Source: Escherichia coli (GTDB taxonomy: Bacteria > Pseudomonadota > Gammaproteobacteria > Enterobacterales > Enterobacteriaceae). Taken from it: a stretch of DNA of 64,000 nucleotides. The translations under genes and the position numbers were made by a program. Each line of letters opens with the position of its first letter. Positions within the stretch are counted from its first letter, which is position 1. This document shows positions 25,190-35,799 of the stretch, piece after piece. Below the pieces are notes generated by a model that worked only from the letters and a program-made list of their open reading frames with translations, was not told the DNA's origin and did not search any database. The stretch lies in the NCBI RefSeq assembly GCF_003334315.1, contig NZ_QOWR01000013.1, one strand, 5' to 3'.

Positions 25190-25207
25190 GGTCGTACCCT
25201 ACGTAAA

Positions 25208-26125
25208 TTATTGTTCATAACGAAAGCGGAATTTTTCTTGTTCAGCAGCGGCTTTCGCCAGGATCCATTGGCGAAAGGCGGCTATTTTACCCAGTTCTGC
25301 CTGGCTGTCATGACAAACCAGATAAAAAGCGTTTTTACTGACCAGAACATCATTAAACGGGCAAACAAGACGTCCGGCCTCGATTTCAGATTGCGCCATC
25401 ACGTTATTTGCCAGCGCCACTCCCTGCCCGTGAATAGCCGCTTGCAGCACCATGGCGCTATGACTAAAAATTGGCCCTTGCTGAACGTTGATATGATTTA
25501 ACCCCAACTGTCGGGTATATGTCTGCCAGTCACGGCGTGACGCATCATGTAATAACGTATGTTTAGCCAGATCTTCCGGGGTCTTCAAGGGTTTTTCGCC
25601 TGTCAGCAGTAGCGGCGAACACACCGGCAATAAATATTCGGCGTACAGTTTTTCCACCCGTAGCCCCGGCCAGTTGCCCCGACCATAAAATATCGCCACA
25701 TCAACATCATCCGCCAGCTTATCTTCCTGACGGTCAACCGCCTGGATTCGAACGTCAATTCCCGGATAAGCTGAATTAAAGCTGGAAAGTCGCGGAACCA
25801 ACCAATGAATGGCGAAACTGGGGAGTAAACTGACCGTCAACGCCCCCTTGGCGCTACGGGCCTGGAGTTTACGCGTCGCTTCGGTTAATTGCGAAAATAT
25901 CTCTTTGATATCGAGGAAATAGCTTTGACCTTCCTCGGTCAGCAGGAGTGAACGATTACGGCGGCGGAACAGTTTTAGCCCCAGAAAATCCTCAAGAGAC
26001 TTGATTTGATGACTTACTGCGGCCTGGGTCACAAAAAGCTCTTCTGCTGCGCGAGTGAAACTTAAATGGCGTGCTGCGGCATCAAAAACTCGTAAGGCAT
26101 TTAGCGGTGGTAATCGTTTAGACAT
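25208..26125 (-). CDS. gcvA: LysR-type regulator of the glycine cleavage system GcvA, 305 aa
   Basis: LysR HTH N-terminus (MSKRLPPLNALRVFDAAARHLSFTRAAEELFVTQAAVSHQIK). Confidence 0.95.
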   Translation of the reverse strand: MSKRLPPLNALRVFDAAARHLSFTRAAEELFVTQAAVSHQIKSLEDFLGLKLFRRRNRSLLLTEEGQSYFLDIKEIFSQLTEATRKLQARSAKGALTVSLLPSFAIHWLVPRLSSFNSAYPGIDVRIQAVDRQEDKLADDVDVAIFYGRGNWPGLRVEKLYAEYLLPVCSPLLLTGEKPLKTPEDLAKHTLLHDASRRDWQTYTRQLGLNHINVQQGPIFSHSAMVLQAAIHGQGVALANNVMAQSEIEAGRLVCPFNDVLVSKNAFYLVCHDSQAELGKIAAFRQWILAKAAAEQEKFRFRYEQ

Positions 26126-26253
26126 GGCTTTTAAACTTTGATGTTAAATGAATTTAACAATTAGATCACACTATGTAACCTATTAGTTTTTTTAATCTGA
26201 GCCATTATAAATTGTCCGTTGAGCTTCTACCAGCAAATACCTATAGTGGCGGC

Positions 26254-26459
26254 ACTTCCTGAGCCGGAACGAAAAGTTTTATCGGAATGCGTGTTCTGGT
26301 GAACTTTTGGCTTACGGTTGTGATGTTGTGTTGTTGTGTTTGCAATTGGTCTGCGATTCAGACCATGGTAGCAAAGCTACCTTTTTTCACTTCCTGTACA
26401 TTTACCCTGTCTGTCCATAGTGATTAATGTAGCACCGCCTAATTGCGGTGCTTTTTTTT
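26254..26459 (+). ncRNA. gcvB: GcvB small RNA (Hfq-dependent regulator of amino-acid and peptide transporters)
   Basis: Starts ACTTCCTGAGCCGGAACG 7 nt after TATAGT; GU-rich tract GTTGTGATGTTGTGTTGTTGTGTTTG; ends with hairpin GCACCGCCTAATTGCGGTGC plus T8; divergent from gcvA. Confidence 0.92.
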
Positions 26460-26475
26460 ACCTTGCGATCGTGAA

Positions 26476-26703
26476 TTACTGATCCAGTTCGACCATCTCT
26501 TTCACGTCAGTACGGTTGATCTGCTGTTTGTTGCCATTAGCGTCTTTATACGAAATCATACCGGTATCGTTATCAGTCTGTGGTTTGCCGTCAGAGACGA
26601 TGGTACGTCCGTCATTGGTGTGCATCACATAGTTCGAACCGGAACAGGCGCTCAGGGCAAAAGTCAGCATACAGGCAGAAATAATTGCGGCAGTCTTTTT
26701 CAT
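26476..26703 (-). CDS. ygdI: DUF903 small lipoprotein, 75 aa
   Basis: Signal peptide with lipobox (LSAC); paralog of ygdR in this window. Confidence 0.85.
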   Translation of the reverse strand: MKKTAAIISACMLTFALSACSGSNYVMHTNDGRTIVSDGKPQTDNDTGMISYKDANGNKQQINRTDVKEMVELDQ

Positions 26704-26894
26704 CATCTTCTCCTTAAAGCGATTAATAAATCTTAATAGTATTGATTAACAGGCTAAAATTAACGCCTAACACTATTCAGCATATGTTACTTACGCGGCT
26801 TCGCCAGGATATCCAGATAATTCTGATGGTTAGCACTCTCCTTGTATCAAAGTGAATTTTGCGTCACGATCGGTGCATCAAGCCGAGGAGTACC

Positions 26895-28100
26895 ATGAAC
26901 GTTTTTAATCCCGCGCAGTTTCGCGCCCAGTTTCCCGCACTACAGGATGCGGGCGTCTATCTCGACAGCGCCGCGACCGCACTTAAACCTGAAGCCGTGG
27001 TTGAAGCCACCCAACAGTTTTACAGTCTGAGCGCCGGAAACGTCCATCGCAGCCAGTTTGCCGAAGCCCAACGCCTGACCGCGCGTTATGAAGCTGCACG
27101 AGAGAAAGTGGCGCAATTACTGAATGCACCGGATGATAAAACTATCGTCTGGACGCGCGGCACCACTGAATCCATCAACATGGTGGCACAATGCTATGCG
27201 CGTCCGCGTCTGCAACCGGGCGATGAGATTATTGTCAGCGTGGCAGAACACCACGCCAACCTCGTCCCCTGGCTGATGGTCGCCCAACAAACTGGAGCCA
27301 AAGTGGTGAAATTGCCGCTTAATGCGCAGCGACTGCCGGATGTCGATTTGTTGCCAGAACTGATTACTCCCCGTAGTCGGATTCTGGCGTTGGGTCAGAT
27401 GTCGAACGTTACTGGCGGTTGCCCGGATCTGGCGCGAGCGATTACCTTTGCTCATTCAGCCGGGATGGTGGTGATGGTTGATGGTGCTCAGGGGGCAGTG
27501 CATTTCCCCGCGGATGTTCAGCAACTGGATATTGATTTCTATGCTTTTTCAGGTCACAAACTGTATGGCCCGACAGGTATCGGCGTGCTGTATGGTAAAT
27601 CAGAACTGCTGGAGGCGATGTCGCCCTGGCTGGGCGGCGGCAAAATGGTTCACGAAGTGAGTTTTGACGGCTTCACGACTCAATCTGCGCCGTGGAAACT
27701 GGAAGCTGGAACGCCAAATATCGCTGGTGTCATAGGATTAAGCGCGGCGCTGGAATGGCTGGCAGATTACGATATCAACCAGGCCGAAAGCTGGAGCCGT
27801 AGCTTAGCAACGCTGGCGGAAGATGCGCTGGCGAAACGTCCCGGCTTTCGTTCATTCCGCTGCCAGGATTCCAGCCTGCTGGCCTTTGATTTTGCTGGCG
27901 TTCATCATAGCGATATGGTGACGCTGCTGGCGGAGTACGGTATTGCCCTGCGGGCCGGGCAGCATTGCGCTCAGCCGCTACTGGCAGAATTAGGCGTAAC
28001 CGGCACACTGCGCGCCTCTTTTGCGCCATATAATACAAAGAGTGATGTGGATGCGCTGGTGAATGCCGTTGACCGCGCGCTGGAATTATTGGTGGATTAA
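26895..28100 (+). CDS. csdA: Cysteine sulfinate desulfinase / cysteine desulfurase CsdA, 401 aa
   Basis: ORF 26859..28100; start at [16 protein letters not shown] with GAGGAG RBS; class-V aminotransferase fold. Confidence 0.93.
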
Positions 28101-28543
28101 TGACAAACCCGCAATTCGCCGGACATCCGTTCGGCACAACCGTAACCGCAGAAACGTTACGCAATACCTTCGCACCGTTGACGCAATGGGAAGATAAATA
28201 TCGCCAGTTGATCATGCTGGGGAAACAGCTTCCGGCATTGCCAGACGAGTTAAAAGCGCAGGCTAAAGAGATTGCCGGATGCGAAAACCGCGTCTGGCTG
28301 GGATATACAGTGGCTGAAAACGGCAAAATGCATTTCTTTGGCGACAGCGAAGGGCGCATTGTGCGCGGCCTGCTGGCGGTGTTGTTGACTGCCGTTGAGG
28401 GGAAAACCGCCGCCGAGTTGCAGGCACAGTCACCACTGGCATTGTTTGATGAGCTGGGATTACGTGCGCAGCTTAGCGCCTCACGCAGCCAGGGGTTAAA
28501 TGCGTTAAGCGAGGCGATTATCGCTGCGACGAAGCAGGTTTAA
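28100..28543 (+). CDS. csdE: Sulfur acceptor protein CsdE (SufE-like), 147 aa
   Basis: 147-aa ORF overlapping the csdA stop (ATGA). Confidence 0.92.
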
Positions 28544-28593
28544 GCACAGAACCGGGTCGGATAAGACGTTCGCGTCTCATCCGACCTGATTGT

Positions 28594-29400
28594 TTAACCC
28601 TGACGCGCCGCTTTCGCCATCATCTTCTTCAGCGCATGAGAAACCGCAACAAACCCAAAGGTGGCGGTCACCATCGTTGCCGCGCCAAATCCAGATGCAC
28701 AATCCATCCGCTTCGGCCCTTCTGCCGTGGCTTTCATCGCACACACCGTACCGTCTGACTGCGGGTACACCAGCGCTTCAGTAGAAAACACGCAATCCAC
28801 GCCGAGCTTACCTTTACTGTTTTTCACTACGCCAAAATCGCTTTTCAGGCGCTCGCGCAACTTCGCCGCCAGCGGGTCCTGAATCGTTTTCGCCAGATCG
28901 GTAACCTGAATCTGCGTCGGTTCAATCTGCCCACCCGCGCCACCGGTTGTGACCAGTGGGATTTTATTGCGCCGACAATAAGCAATCAGCGCCGCTTTGG
29001 GCCGTACACTATCAATGGCATCAATCACGTACGAATAACCCACGCTCATATACTGCGCTACGTTATCCGGCGTCACGAAATCATCCACCACCGTTACACG
29101 GCACTCCGGGTTAATCTGGCGAATACGCTCCGCCATAACTTCCGCTTTTGCCAGCCCAACGTTATCGCGCAGGGCATGAATTTGCCGATTGGTATTGGTG
29201 ACGCACACATCATCCATATCGATAAGCGTGATTGCGCCAATCCCCGTGCGCGCCAGCGCTTCCGCCGCCCAGGAACCGACACCACCGATACCAACCACAC
29301 AAATATGCGCGTCAGCAAACAGTTGCAACGCTTTTTCACCATACAGACGCGCTGTGCCACCAAAACGCTGACGCCATGCATCACTAATTACCACAGACAT
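28594..29400 (-). CDS. tcdA: tRNA threonylcarbamoyladenosine dehydratase TcdA (CsdL), E1-like ThiF/MoeB fold, 268 aa
   Basis: 268-aa ORF with Rossmann motif VVGIGGVGSWAAEALAR. Confidence 0.92.
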   Translation of the reverse strand: MSVVISDAWRQRFGGTARLYGEKALQLFADAHICVVGIGGVGSWAAEALARTGIGAITLIDMDDVCVTNTNRQIHALRDNVGLAKAEVMAERIRQINPECRVTVVDDFVTPDNVAQYMSVGYSYVIDAIDSVRPKAALIAYCRRNKIPLVTTGGAGGQIEPTQIQVTDLAKTIQDPLAAKLRERLKSDFGVVKNSKGKLGVDCVFSTEALVYPQSDGTVCAMKATAEGPKRMDCASGFGAATMVTATFGFVAVSHALKKMMAKAARQG

Positions 29401-29420
29401 AGCACCTCAGAATTAAAAAG

Positions 29421-29608
29421 GGCGAGGTTATCCCTCACCCTAAACGCATAAATGCCTGATGCGCTACGCTTATCAGGCCTACATAACTCCTGCAATATTT
29501 TGGATTTGCATGATTTGTAGGCCGGATAAGGCGTTCACGCCGCATCCGGCATGAACAACGCGCACTTAGTCAATAATCAGGATGTGAGGTTACCCCTCAC
29601 CCTGTCAT
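29421..29608. repeat. REP/BIME-type palindromic units flanked by an 18-bp direct repeat
   Basis: REP units at about 29453-29481 and 29518-29551; GAGGTTATCCCTCACCCT (29424-29441) and GAGGTTACCCCTCACCCT (29586-29603) flank them, 17/18 identical. Confidence 0.7.
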
Positions 29609-29638
29609 ATCCGTAAAAACGGCATACAGAATATCACA

Positions 29639-30736
29639 TCAGCCGCTAAAGACGTTACCTGCGCCCGGGGCGGTTTTCAGCACCCAGACACGTCCATAGT
29701 GGTTGTACCAACCTGCGCGGTGTCCGGCTTCCGGCCCGATCCCTTGATAGATATCGAAGTGTTGGCCTTTGATTGCACCACCGACATCCAGCGCCACCAT
29801 CAGACGCAGTTCGTACTGACCATTAAATTTGCCGTTATTATCCAGCAACGGCACTTCTGCCAGCAAGGTAGTACCTGGCGGAATAATGGAACGATCAGAG
29901 GCAACTGACGCGCGACCAACCAGCGGCACCGCACTTGCCCCTTTCACCGGTGCAAAAGATTGCGGTTTAAAGAAAACGAAAGACGGGTTCTGTTCCAGCA
30001 GCTCGCGAACCTCCGCTTCACTGTGTGTTTCGCCCCAGTGACGAATCGCCTGCATCGACATATCTTCTTTTTTCACTTCGCCACGGTCGATCAACACCTT
30101 ACCGATGCTGCGATAGGCATGACCGTTTTTCCCTGCATAGCTGAAAAAGTTAAGCGGACTGCCATCACCAAAGTCGATATACCCACTACCCTGCACATCC
30201 ATAATGAAGTTATCCATCAGGGAGTTACTGTAAGCGAGAATATATTTATCACTCAATGCCCCCGCGTAGATCTCCGCACGAGACGGCAGACGACCACGTT
30301 TTGGCGGCATACGGTAAATAGGATACTGGAACTCGCCCTGGCGGGTATGGCGCGCCTGAATTACCGGCGTGTAATAGCCTGTAAACTGCACGTTACCATA
30401 GTTGTCGGCACCTTCCATCTGCCAGGCATCAATGCCGAACTGGCGCATATTGCGGGTATCACCGCCTGCGCGCAGCCACTCTTGCACCGCGTTATAAACA
30501 TTACTCTGGTTGCCATACAGACGCGGTGACGAATTACGGATATGGTTAATTTGCTCGGCAAAATCACCGGCGTTAATCGGCGCGCCAACGGCATCTGGCT
30601 GGTTCACCAGAGAGAAAGGCTGGGTAAATTTCCCGTCTTTATATTGCTGTCCGCGATCGGTTGGTTTGGAAGAGCAGGCGGCAAGCATTGCCACAACCGT
30701 GCCCATAAGAAGGTACTTTACCCAACGTCCTTTCAT
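29639..30736 (-). CDS. mltA: Membrane-bound lytic murein transglycosylase A (lipoprotein), 365 aa
   Basis: ORF 29639..31165 is an over-extension; true start at MKGRWVKYLLMGTVVAMLAACSS (lipoprotein signal, ATG 30734-30736). Confidence 0.93.
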   Translation of the reverse strand: MKGRWVKYLLMGTVVAMLAACSSKPTDRGQQYKDGKFTQPFSLVNQPDAVGAPINAGDFAEQINHIRNSSPRLYGNQSNVYNAVQEWLRAGGDTRNMRQFGIDAWQMEGADNYGNVQFTGYYTPVIQARHTRQGEFQYPIYRMPPKRGRLPSRAEIYAGALSDKYILAYSNSLMDNFIMDVQGSGYIDFGDGSPLNFFSYAGKNGHAYRSIGKVLIDRGEVKKEDMSMQAIRHWGETHSEAEVRELLEQNPSFVFFKPQSFAPVKGASAVPLVGRASVASDRSIIPPGTTLLAEVPLLDNNGKFNGQYELRLMVALDVGGAIKGQHFDIYQGIGPEAGHRAGWYNHYGRVWVLKTAPGAGNVFSG

Positions 30737-30903
30737 TGTTCTCTTCTTCAGGTTAAAAAATAAGGCGCAACGAAGATAACAAACCGCCGCGTTTAATGAA
30801 ATGAGCAGCCTCTCCCTGACGCAAATTTTGCACAAAAAATAGGCTTTAGTGATTTGTTTTTGTTCAAAATCATGCCAAATCCGTGATCGGGGTAAAAAAA
30901 AGG

Positions 30904-30931
30904 TTGCATGAAAACGCGAGCGGAGTATAGT
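30904..30931 (+). promoter_or_regulatory. Sigma70-type promoter for the initiator tRNA gene (TTGCAT -35, 16-bp spacer, TATAGT -10)
   Basis: Hexamers read directly about 14 bp upstream of the mature tRNA 5' end. Confidence 0.7.
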
Positions 30932-30944
30932 GCGCATCCACGGA

Positions 30945-31021
<77 letters not shown>

Positions 31022-31028
31022 ATTATTG

Positions 31029-31051
31029 AACACCCTAACGGGTGTTTTTTT
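31029..31051 (+). terminator. Rho-independent terminator of the tRNA gene
   Basis: Hairpin ACACCCTAACGGGTGT followed by T7. Confidence 0.8.
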
Positions 31052-31094
31052 GTTTCTGGTCTCCCATAAAAAAGCGCCATTCAGCGCCTTTTTA

Positions 31095-32348
31095 TCATCC
31101 CCTTCTCGCCAGCGTCGCCCCATCGGCAAAATACGCTTTAATTCCCGCAAGAATAGACTCCGCAACTTCCTGCTGGAAAGTCGCCGTTTTCAGTTTACGC
31201 TCTTCCTCAACGTTACTGATAAACGCCGTTTCGACCAGAATGGAGGGAATATCTGGTGCCTTTAGTACGGCAAACCCGGCCTGTTCAACCTGATTTTTAT
31301 GCAGCTTGTTGATTTTACCGAGCTTATTCAGTACCGCTTTACCAAACTTAAGGCTGTCAGCAATGGTCAGCGACTGCACCATATCGAACATGGTGTGGTC
31401 GACATAGCGGTCACCGCTTTTGCTCACGCCACCAATCAAGTCCGAGGCGTTCTGGGTTTGTGCCAGATATTTTGCCGCAGTACTGGTTGCACCTTTGGTT
31501 GAGAGCGCAAACACAGAGGAACCGCTCGGCTGACGACTGGTAAAGGCGTCGGCATGGATAGAGACAAACAGGTCAGCACGCTGTTTCTGGGCTTTTGCTA
31601 CGCGCACTTGCAACGGAATGAAGATGTCTTCATTGCGCGTCATGTACACCTTCATATTGCCCTCTTTCTCGATCAGAGAGCGCAGACGGCGAGCTATTTG
31701 CAATACCACGTCTTTTTCGCGCGTTTTGTATTTCCCCACCGCACCGGAGTCTTCGCCACCGTGGCCAGGGTCAAGCATAATGACAATCGGACGATCGCGC
31801 CCTGCTTTACCTGGTTGTGGACCACTTTGCGCTGGCGGCACCTGCTTTTCGAGGTCGCCTTTGTTGTAATCCTCCAGCAGCGCCAGCAGCGGGTCCTGCA
31901 TATCCTGTGCATTGGCCGGATAGAGGTCCATCACCAGACGCTCTTTAAACCCGGCGACCGGCGCAAGGGCAAACAGCTGCGGTTTTACGTTTTGCTTTAA
32001 TTCAAAAACCATCCGTACGGTTTGCGGGTCAAATTGCCCGACGCGCGCCGACTTGATGAACGGGTCGTCTGCACGAATTTGTGCCGCCATCCCCTTGAGT
32101 ACCGAGTTCAGGTTTACATCTTCGATATCCACCACCACGCGTTCCGGGTTACTCAACGCGAACTGCTTATATTTCAGCTGACGATTTGATTCTACCGTCA
32201 CGCGGGTGTAGCTGGACGCAGGCCAGACGCGCACCGCCACGACCTGGCTGACCGCAGCCAGACTGACCTGACTTACGCTCAATAGCCACATGGCACCCGC
32301 GCCTTGCAGTAAACGACGACGGCTGATTGCAGTGTTGGATCCTGACAT
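31095..32348 (-). CDS. amiC: N-acetylmuramoyl-L-alanine amidase AmiC (Tat-exported), 417 aa
   Basis: ORF 31095..32438; start at [23 protein letters not shown] (twin-arginine signal). Confidence 0.93.
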
Positions 32349-32579
32349 GCCTCTCCCGAGCAAAAGAAATCTAAGCTGTGTAACAAGTAAACGACTAATT
32401 TGACCGGAAACTTTAGCGAAAGACGCATAATCTGTCATCTAATAAACGGTAAACATTCTTTTTATATTCACGGCATTACTGATAAAAAAGTCGCTCTCGC
32501 ATAAAATTTACACTTGCACCCTGCGAAAAAACAGAATAAAAATACAATAATTTCGAATAATCATGCAAAGAGGTGTGCC

Positions 32580-33911
32580 GTGGTAAAGGAACGTAAAACC
32601 GAGCTGGTCGAGGGATTCCGCCATTCGGTTCCCTATATCAATACCCACCGGGGAAAAACGTTTGTCATCATGCTCGGCGGTGAAGCCATTGAGCATGAGA
32701 ATTTCTCCAGTATCGTTAATGATATCGGGTTGTTGCACAGCCTCGGCATCCGTCTGGTGGTGGTCTATGGCGCACGTCCGCAGATCGACGCAAATCTGGC
32801 TGCGCATCACCACGAACCGCTGTATCACAAGAATATACGTGTGACCGACGCCAAAACACTGGAACTGGTGAAGCAGGCTGCGGGAACATTGCAACTGGAT
32901 ATTACTGCTCGCCTGTCGATGAGTCTCAATAACACGCCGCTGCAGGGCGCGCATATCAACGTCGTCAGTGGCAATTTTATTATTGCCCAGCCGCTGGGCG
33001 TCGATGACGGCGTGGATTACTGCCATAGCGGGCGTATCCGGCGGATTGATGAAGACGCGATCCATCGTCAACTGGACAGCGGTGCAATAGTGCTAATGGG
33101 GCCGGTCGCTGTTTCAGTCACTGGCGAGAGCTTTAACCTGACCTCGGAAGAGATTGCCACTCAACTGGCCATCAAACTGAAAGCTGAAAAGATGATTGGT
33201 TTTTGCTCTTCCCAGGGCGTCACTAATGACGACGGTGATATTGTCTCAGAACTTTTCCCTAACGAAGCGCAAGCGCGGGTAGAAGCCCAGGAAGAGAAAG
33301 GCGATTACAACTCCGGTACGGTGCGCTTTTTGCGTGGCGCAGTGAAAGCCTGCCGCAGCGGCGTGCGTCGCTGTCATTTAATCAGTTATCAGGAAGATGG
33401 CGCGCTGTTGCAAGAGTTGTTCTCACGCGACGGTATCGGTACGCAGATTGTGATGGAAAGCGCCGAGCAGATTCGTCGCGCAACAATCAACGATATCGGC
33501 GGTATTCTGGAGTTGATTCGCCCGCTGGAGCAGCAAGGTATTCTGGTGCGCCGTTCTCGCGAGCAGCTGGAGATGGAAATCGACAAATTCACCATTATTC
33601 AGCGCGATAACACGACTATTGCCTGCGCCGCGCTCTATCCGTTCCCGGAAGAGAAGATTGGGGAAATGGCCTGTGTGGCAGTTCACCCGGATTACCGCAG
33701 TTCATCACGGGGCGAGGTTCTGCTTGAACGCATTGCCGCTCAGGCGAAGCAGAGCGGCTTAAGCAAATTGTTTGTGCTGACCACGCGCAGTATTCACTGG
33801 TTCCAGGAACGTGGATTTACCCCGGTGGATATTGATTTACTGCCCGAGAGCAAAAAGCAGTTGTACAACTACCAGCGTAAATCCAAAGTGTTGATGGCGG
33901 ATTTAGGGTAA
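32580..33911 (+). CDS. argA: N-acetylglutamate synthase ArgA, 443 aa, GTG start
   Basis: ORF 32514..33911; start placed at GTG 32580 ([34 protein letters not shown]); kinase-like N-domain and GNAT C-domain. Confidence 0.92.
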   Translation: MVKERKTELVEGFRHSVPYINTHRGKTFVIMLGGEAIEHENFSSIVNDIGLLHSLGIRLVVVYGARPQIDANLAAHHHEPLYHKNIRVTDAKTLELVKQAAGTLQLDITARLSMSLNNTPLQGAHINVVSGNFIIAQPLGVDDGVDYCHSGRIRRIDEDAIHRQLDSGAIVLMGPVAVSVTGESFNLTSEEIATQLAIKLKAEKMIGFCSSQGVTNDDGDIVSELFPNEAQARVEAQEEKGDYNSGTVRFLRGAVKACRSGVRRCHLISYQEDGALLQELFSRDGIGTQIVMESAEQIRRATINDIGGILELIRPLEQQGILVRRSREQLEMEIDKFTIIQRDNTTIACAALYPFPEEKIGEMACVAVHPDYRSSSRGEVLLERIAAQAKQSGLSKLFVLTTRSIHWFQERGFTPVDIDLLPESKKQLYNYQRKSKVLMADLG

Positions 33912-33923
33912 GCGACGAAAATC

Positions 33924-33964
33924 GCCGGATGCGACATGCGTAACACTCGTGCGTCGCATCCGGC
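33924..33964. repeat. REP-like palindrome between convergent argA and recD
   Basis: GCCGGATGCGAC...GTCGCATCCGGC inverted repeat. Confidence 0.7.
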
Positions 33965-33972
33965 AATTACGT

Positions 33973-35799
33973 TTATTCCCGCGAACTAAACAACGCCGCC
34001 AGACCACTGCGCCGCTCAGTACGAGTGGCGATTGCCGCACTTAATATACGCTCATCGGCATACAGCGACAGACGGCGACGCGCGCGGGTCACCGCGGTGT
34101 ATACCAGCTCTCGCGTTACTACCGGCGTGCGTTGGCTCGGTAAAATCAACGCCGCATGGTCGAACTCCGATCCCTGCGATTTATGTACCGTCATCGCCCA
34201 CGTAGTTTCGTGCTCTGGCAAGCGACTCGGTTGCACAGACTTAATATTGCCGTCCGGCATCGCAAACCAGACGCGCGTCCCCTGCCCGCGATCCAGCGCA
34301 ATACCGATATCGCCATTAAACAACCCAAGCGCGCTGTCATTACGGGCAATCATCACCGGTCGGCCTTCGTACCAACGAGAGTGCGGATGACGATGAATTT
34401 TGCGCTTCTGTTGCATAAACTGCTCAATTCGCTCATTCAGTCCAGCCACGCCAAACGGCCCTTCCCGCAGGGCGCACAAAAGCTGGTACTCATTGAACGC
34501 CTGAATGATTAAATCCGGCTCGGCACGCGCTTGCAGCAGATCCAGATAACGTCCGTAACCCGCAAGAGCTTCCTCAAGCATCGCAATATAATCTTCGCCG
34601 CTCTGTAAAAGTCGTTTTTCGATATCAGTAAAATCCTGCTGAAAAACGGTTTTCACTGACGTTTTATCACCACGATTGATCGCCGCAGCTAACTGACCAA
34701 TGCCAGAATCGCTGCCGAAACGATAGCTTTTTTGCAGCAGGCAGAGACTGTCGCGCAAAGATGCCGCTTCTGTGCCGGTTCCTGCCGGAACGTGAGTCCC
34801 CGTCAGGCGGCTTAGCTGCCTGGCACGCTCGGCGGTAAAGCCCGCGTTGGCATAAGCGCAGATATCGCCCAGCACAGCCCCAGCCTCAACCGAGGCCAGT
34901 TGATCACGATCGCCGAGAAAGATCACTCGCGCATGATCTGGCAAGGCGTCGATCAGTCTCGACATCATAGGCAGATCGATCATTGACGCTTCATCTACCA
35001 CCAGCACATCAAGATGCAGCGGGTTACCGGCATGATGACGTAAACGCTGGCTACCCGGCTGCGCACCCAGCAATCGGTGCAAAGTGCTGGCATCTTCCGG
35101 AATGCGTTTCTTTTGTTCATCGCTCAGCGGTAACTGTCGCAAAGCCTTGCCGAGAGATTCGGTTAAGCGCGCGGCAGCTTTACCCGTTGGTGCAGCCAGA
35201 CGGATACGGCAGCGTTCGCCGTCGGCCATTTGAATTAACGCTGCCAGCAACTTCGCCACGGTGGTCGTTTTACCGGTGCCTGGGCCGCCGGAAATCACCG
35301 AGATCCGCCGCGTCAGCGCCACTGCCGCCGCAACTTTTTGCCAGTTAATTTCATCGCTTACTGGAAAAAGTTTGTCCAGGGTTTGCGCCAGTAGAGCTTC
35401 ATCAACCTCAATGGCATGATTCACCTCATTGAAGAAGCGCGCTACCGTCCGCTCGTTACACCACATGCGATTCAAATAAAGACGATCGCCACAGAGGATC
35501 ATCGGCGTGGGTTCATCTCCCCGGCTGACCGCTTGTGAAGCCAGCAAGCATTCTTCCCAATTTTGTAGCTCACCGATTTCACTGACACAGGTCGCCAACA
35601 GCGGATGCGACGCCTCGTTATTTTCCAGTCGTGAAAGCGGTAAACAGACATGCCCTTCCCCGGCGTCGTGGCTTAACAGGGCTGCCGCGAGGGTGACGGC
35701 AGGATGTTCATCTCCCGCCACGGTCAGGGCAAATTGCACATCCAGCGGGCGTAGCTGTTTGTGCTCCACAGCTTCCAGTAATTGCTTTTGCAATTTCAT
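33973..35799 (-). CDS. recD: RecBCD exonuclease V alpha subunit RecD (SF1 5'-3' helicase), 608 aa
   Basis: Walker A GPGTGKTT in a 608-aa ORF. Confidence 0.95.
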   Translation of the reverse strand: MKLQKQLLEAVEHKQLRPLDVQFALTVAGDEHPAVTLAAALLSHDAGEGHVCLPLSRLENNEASHPLLATCVSEIGELQNWEECLLASQAVSRGDEPTPMILCGDRLYLNRMWCNERTVARFFNEVNHAIEVDEALLAQTLDKLFPVSDEINWQKVAAAVALTRRISVISGGPGTGKTTTVAKLLAALIQMADGERCRIRLAAPTGKAAARLTESLGKALRQLPLSDEQKKRIPEDASTLHRLLGAQPGSQRLRHHAGNPLHLDVLVVDEASMIDLPMMSRLIDALPDHARVIFLGDRDQLASVEAGAVLGDICAYANAGFTAERARQLSRLTGTHVPAGTGTEAASLRDSLCLLQKSYRFGSDSGIGQLAAAINRGDKTSVKTVFQQDFTDIEKRLLQSGEDYIAMLEEALAGYGRYLDLLQARAEPDLIIQAFNEYQLLCALREGPFGVAGLNERIEQFMQQKRKIHRHPHSRWYEGRPVMIARNDSALGLFNGDIGIALDRGQGTRVWFAMPDGNIKSVQPSRLPEHETTWAMTVHKSQGSEFDHAALILPSQRTPVVTRELVYTAVTRARRRLSLYADERILSAAIATRTERRSGLAALFSSRE

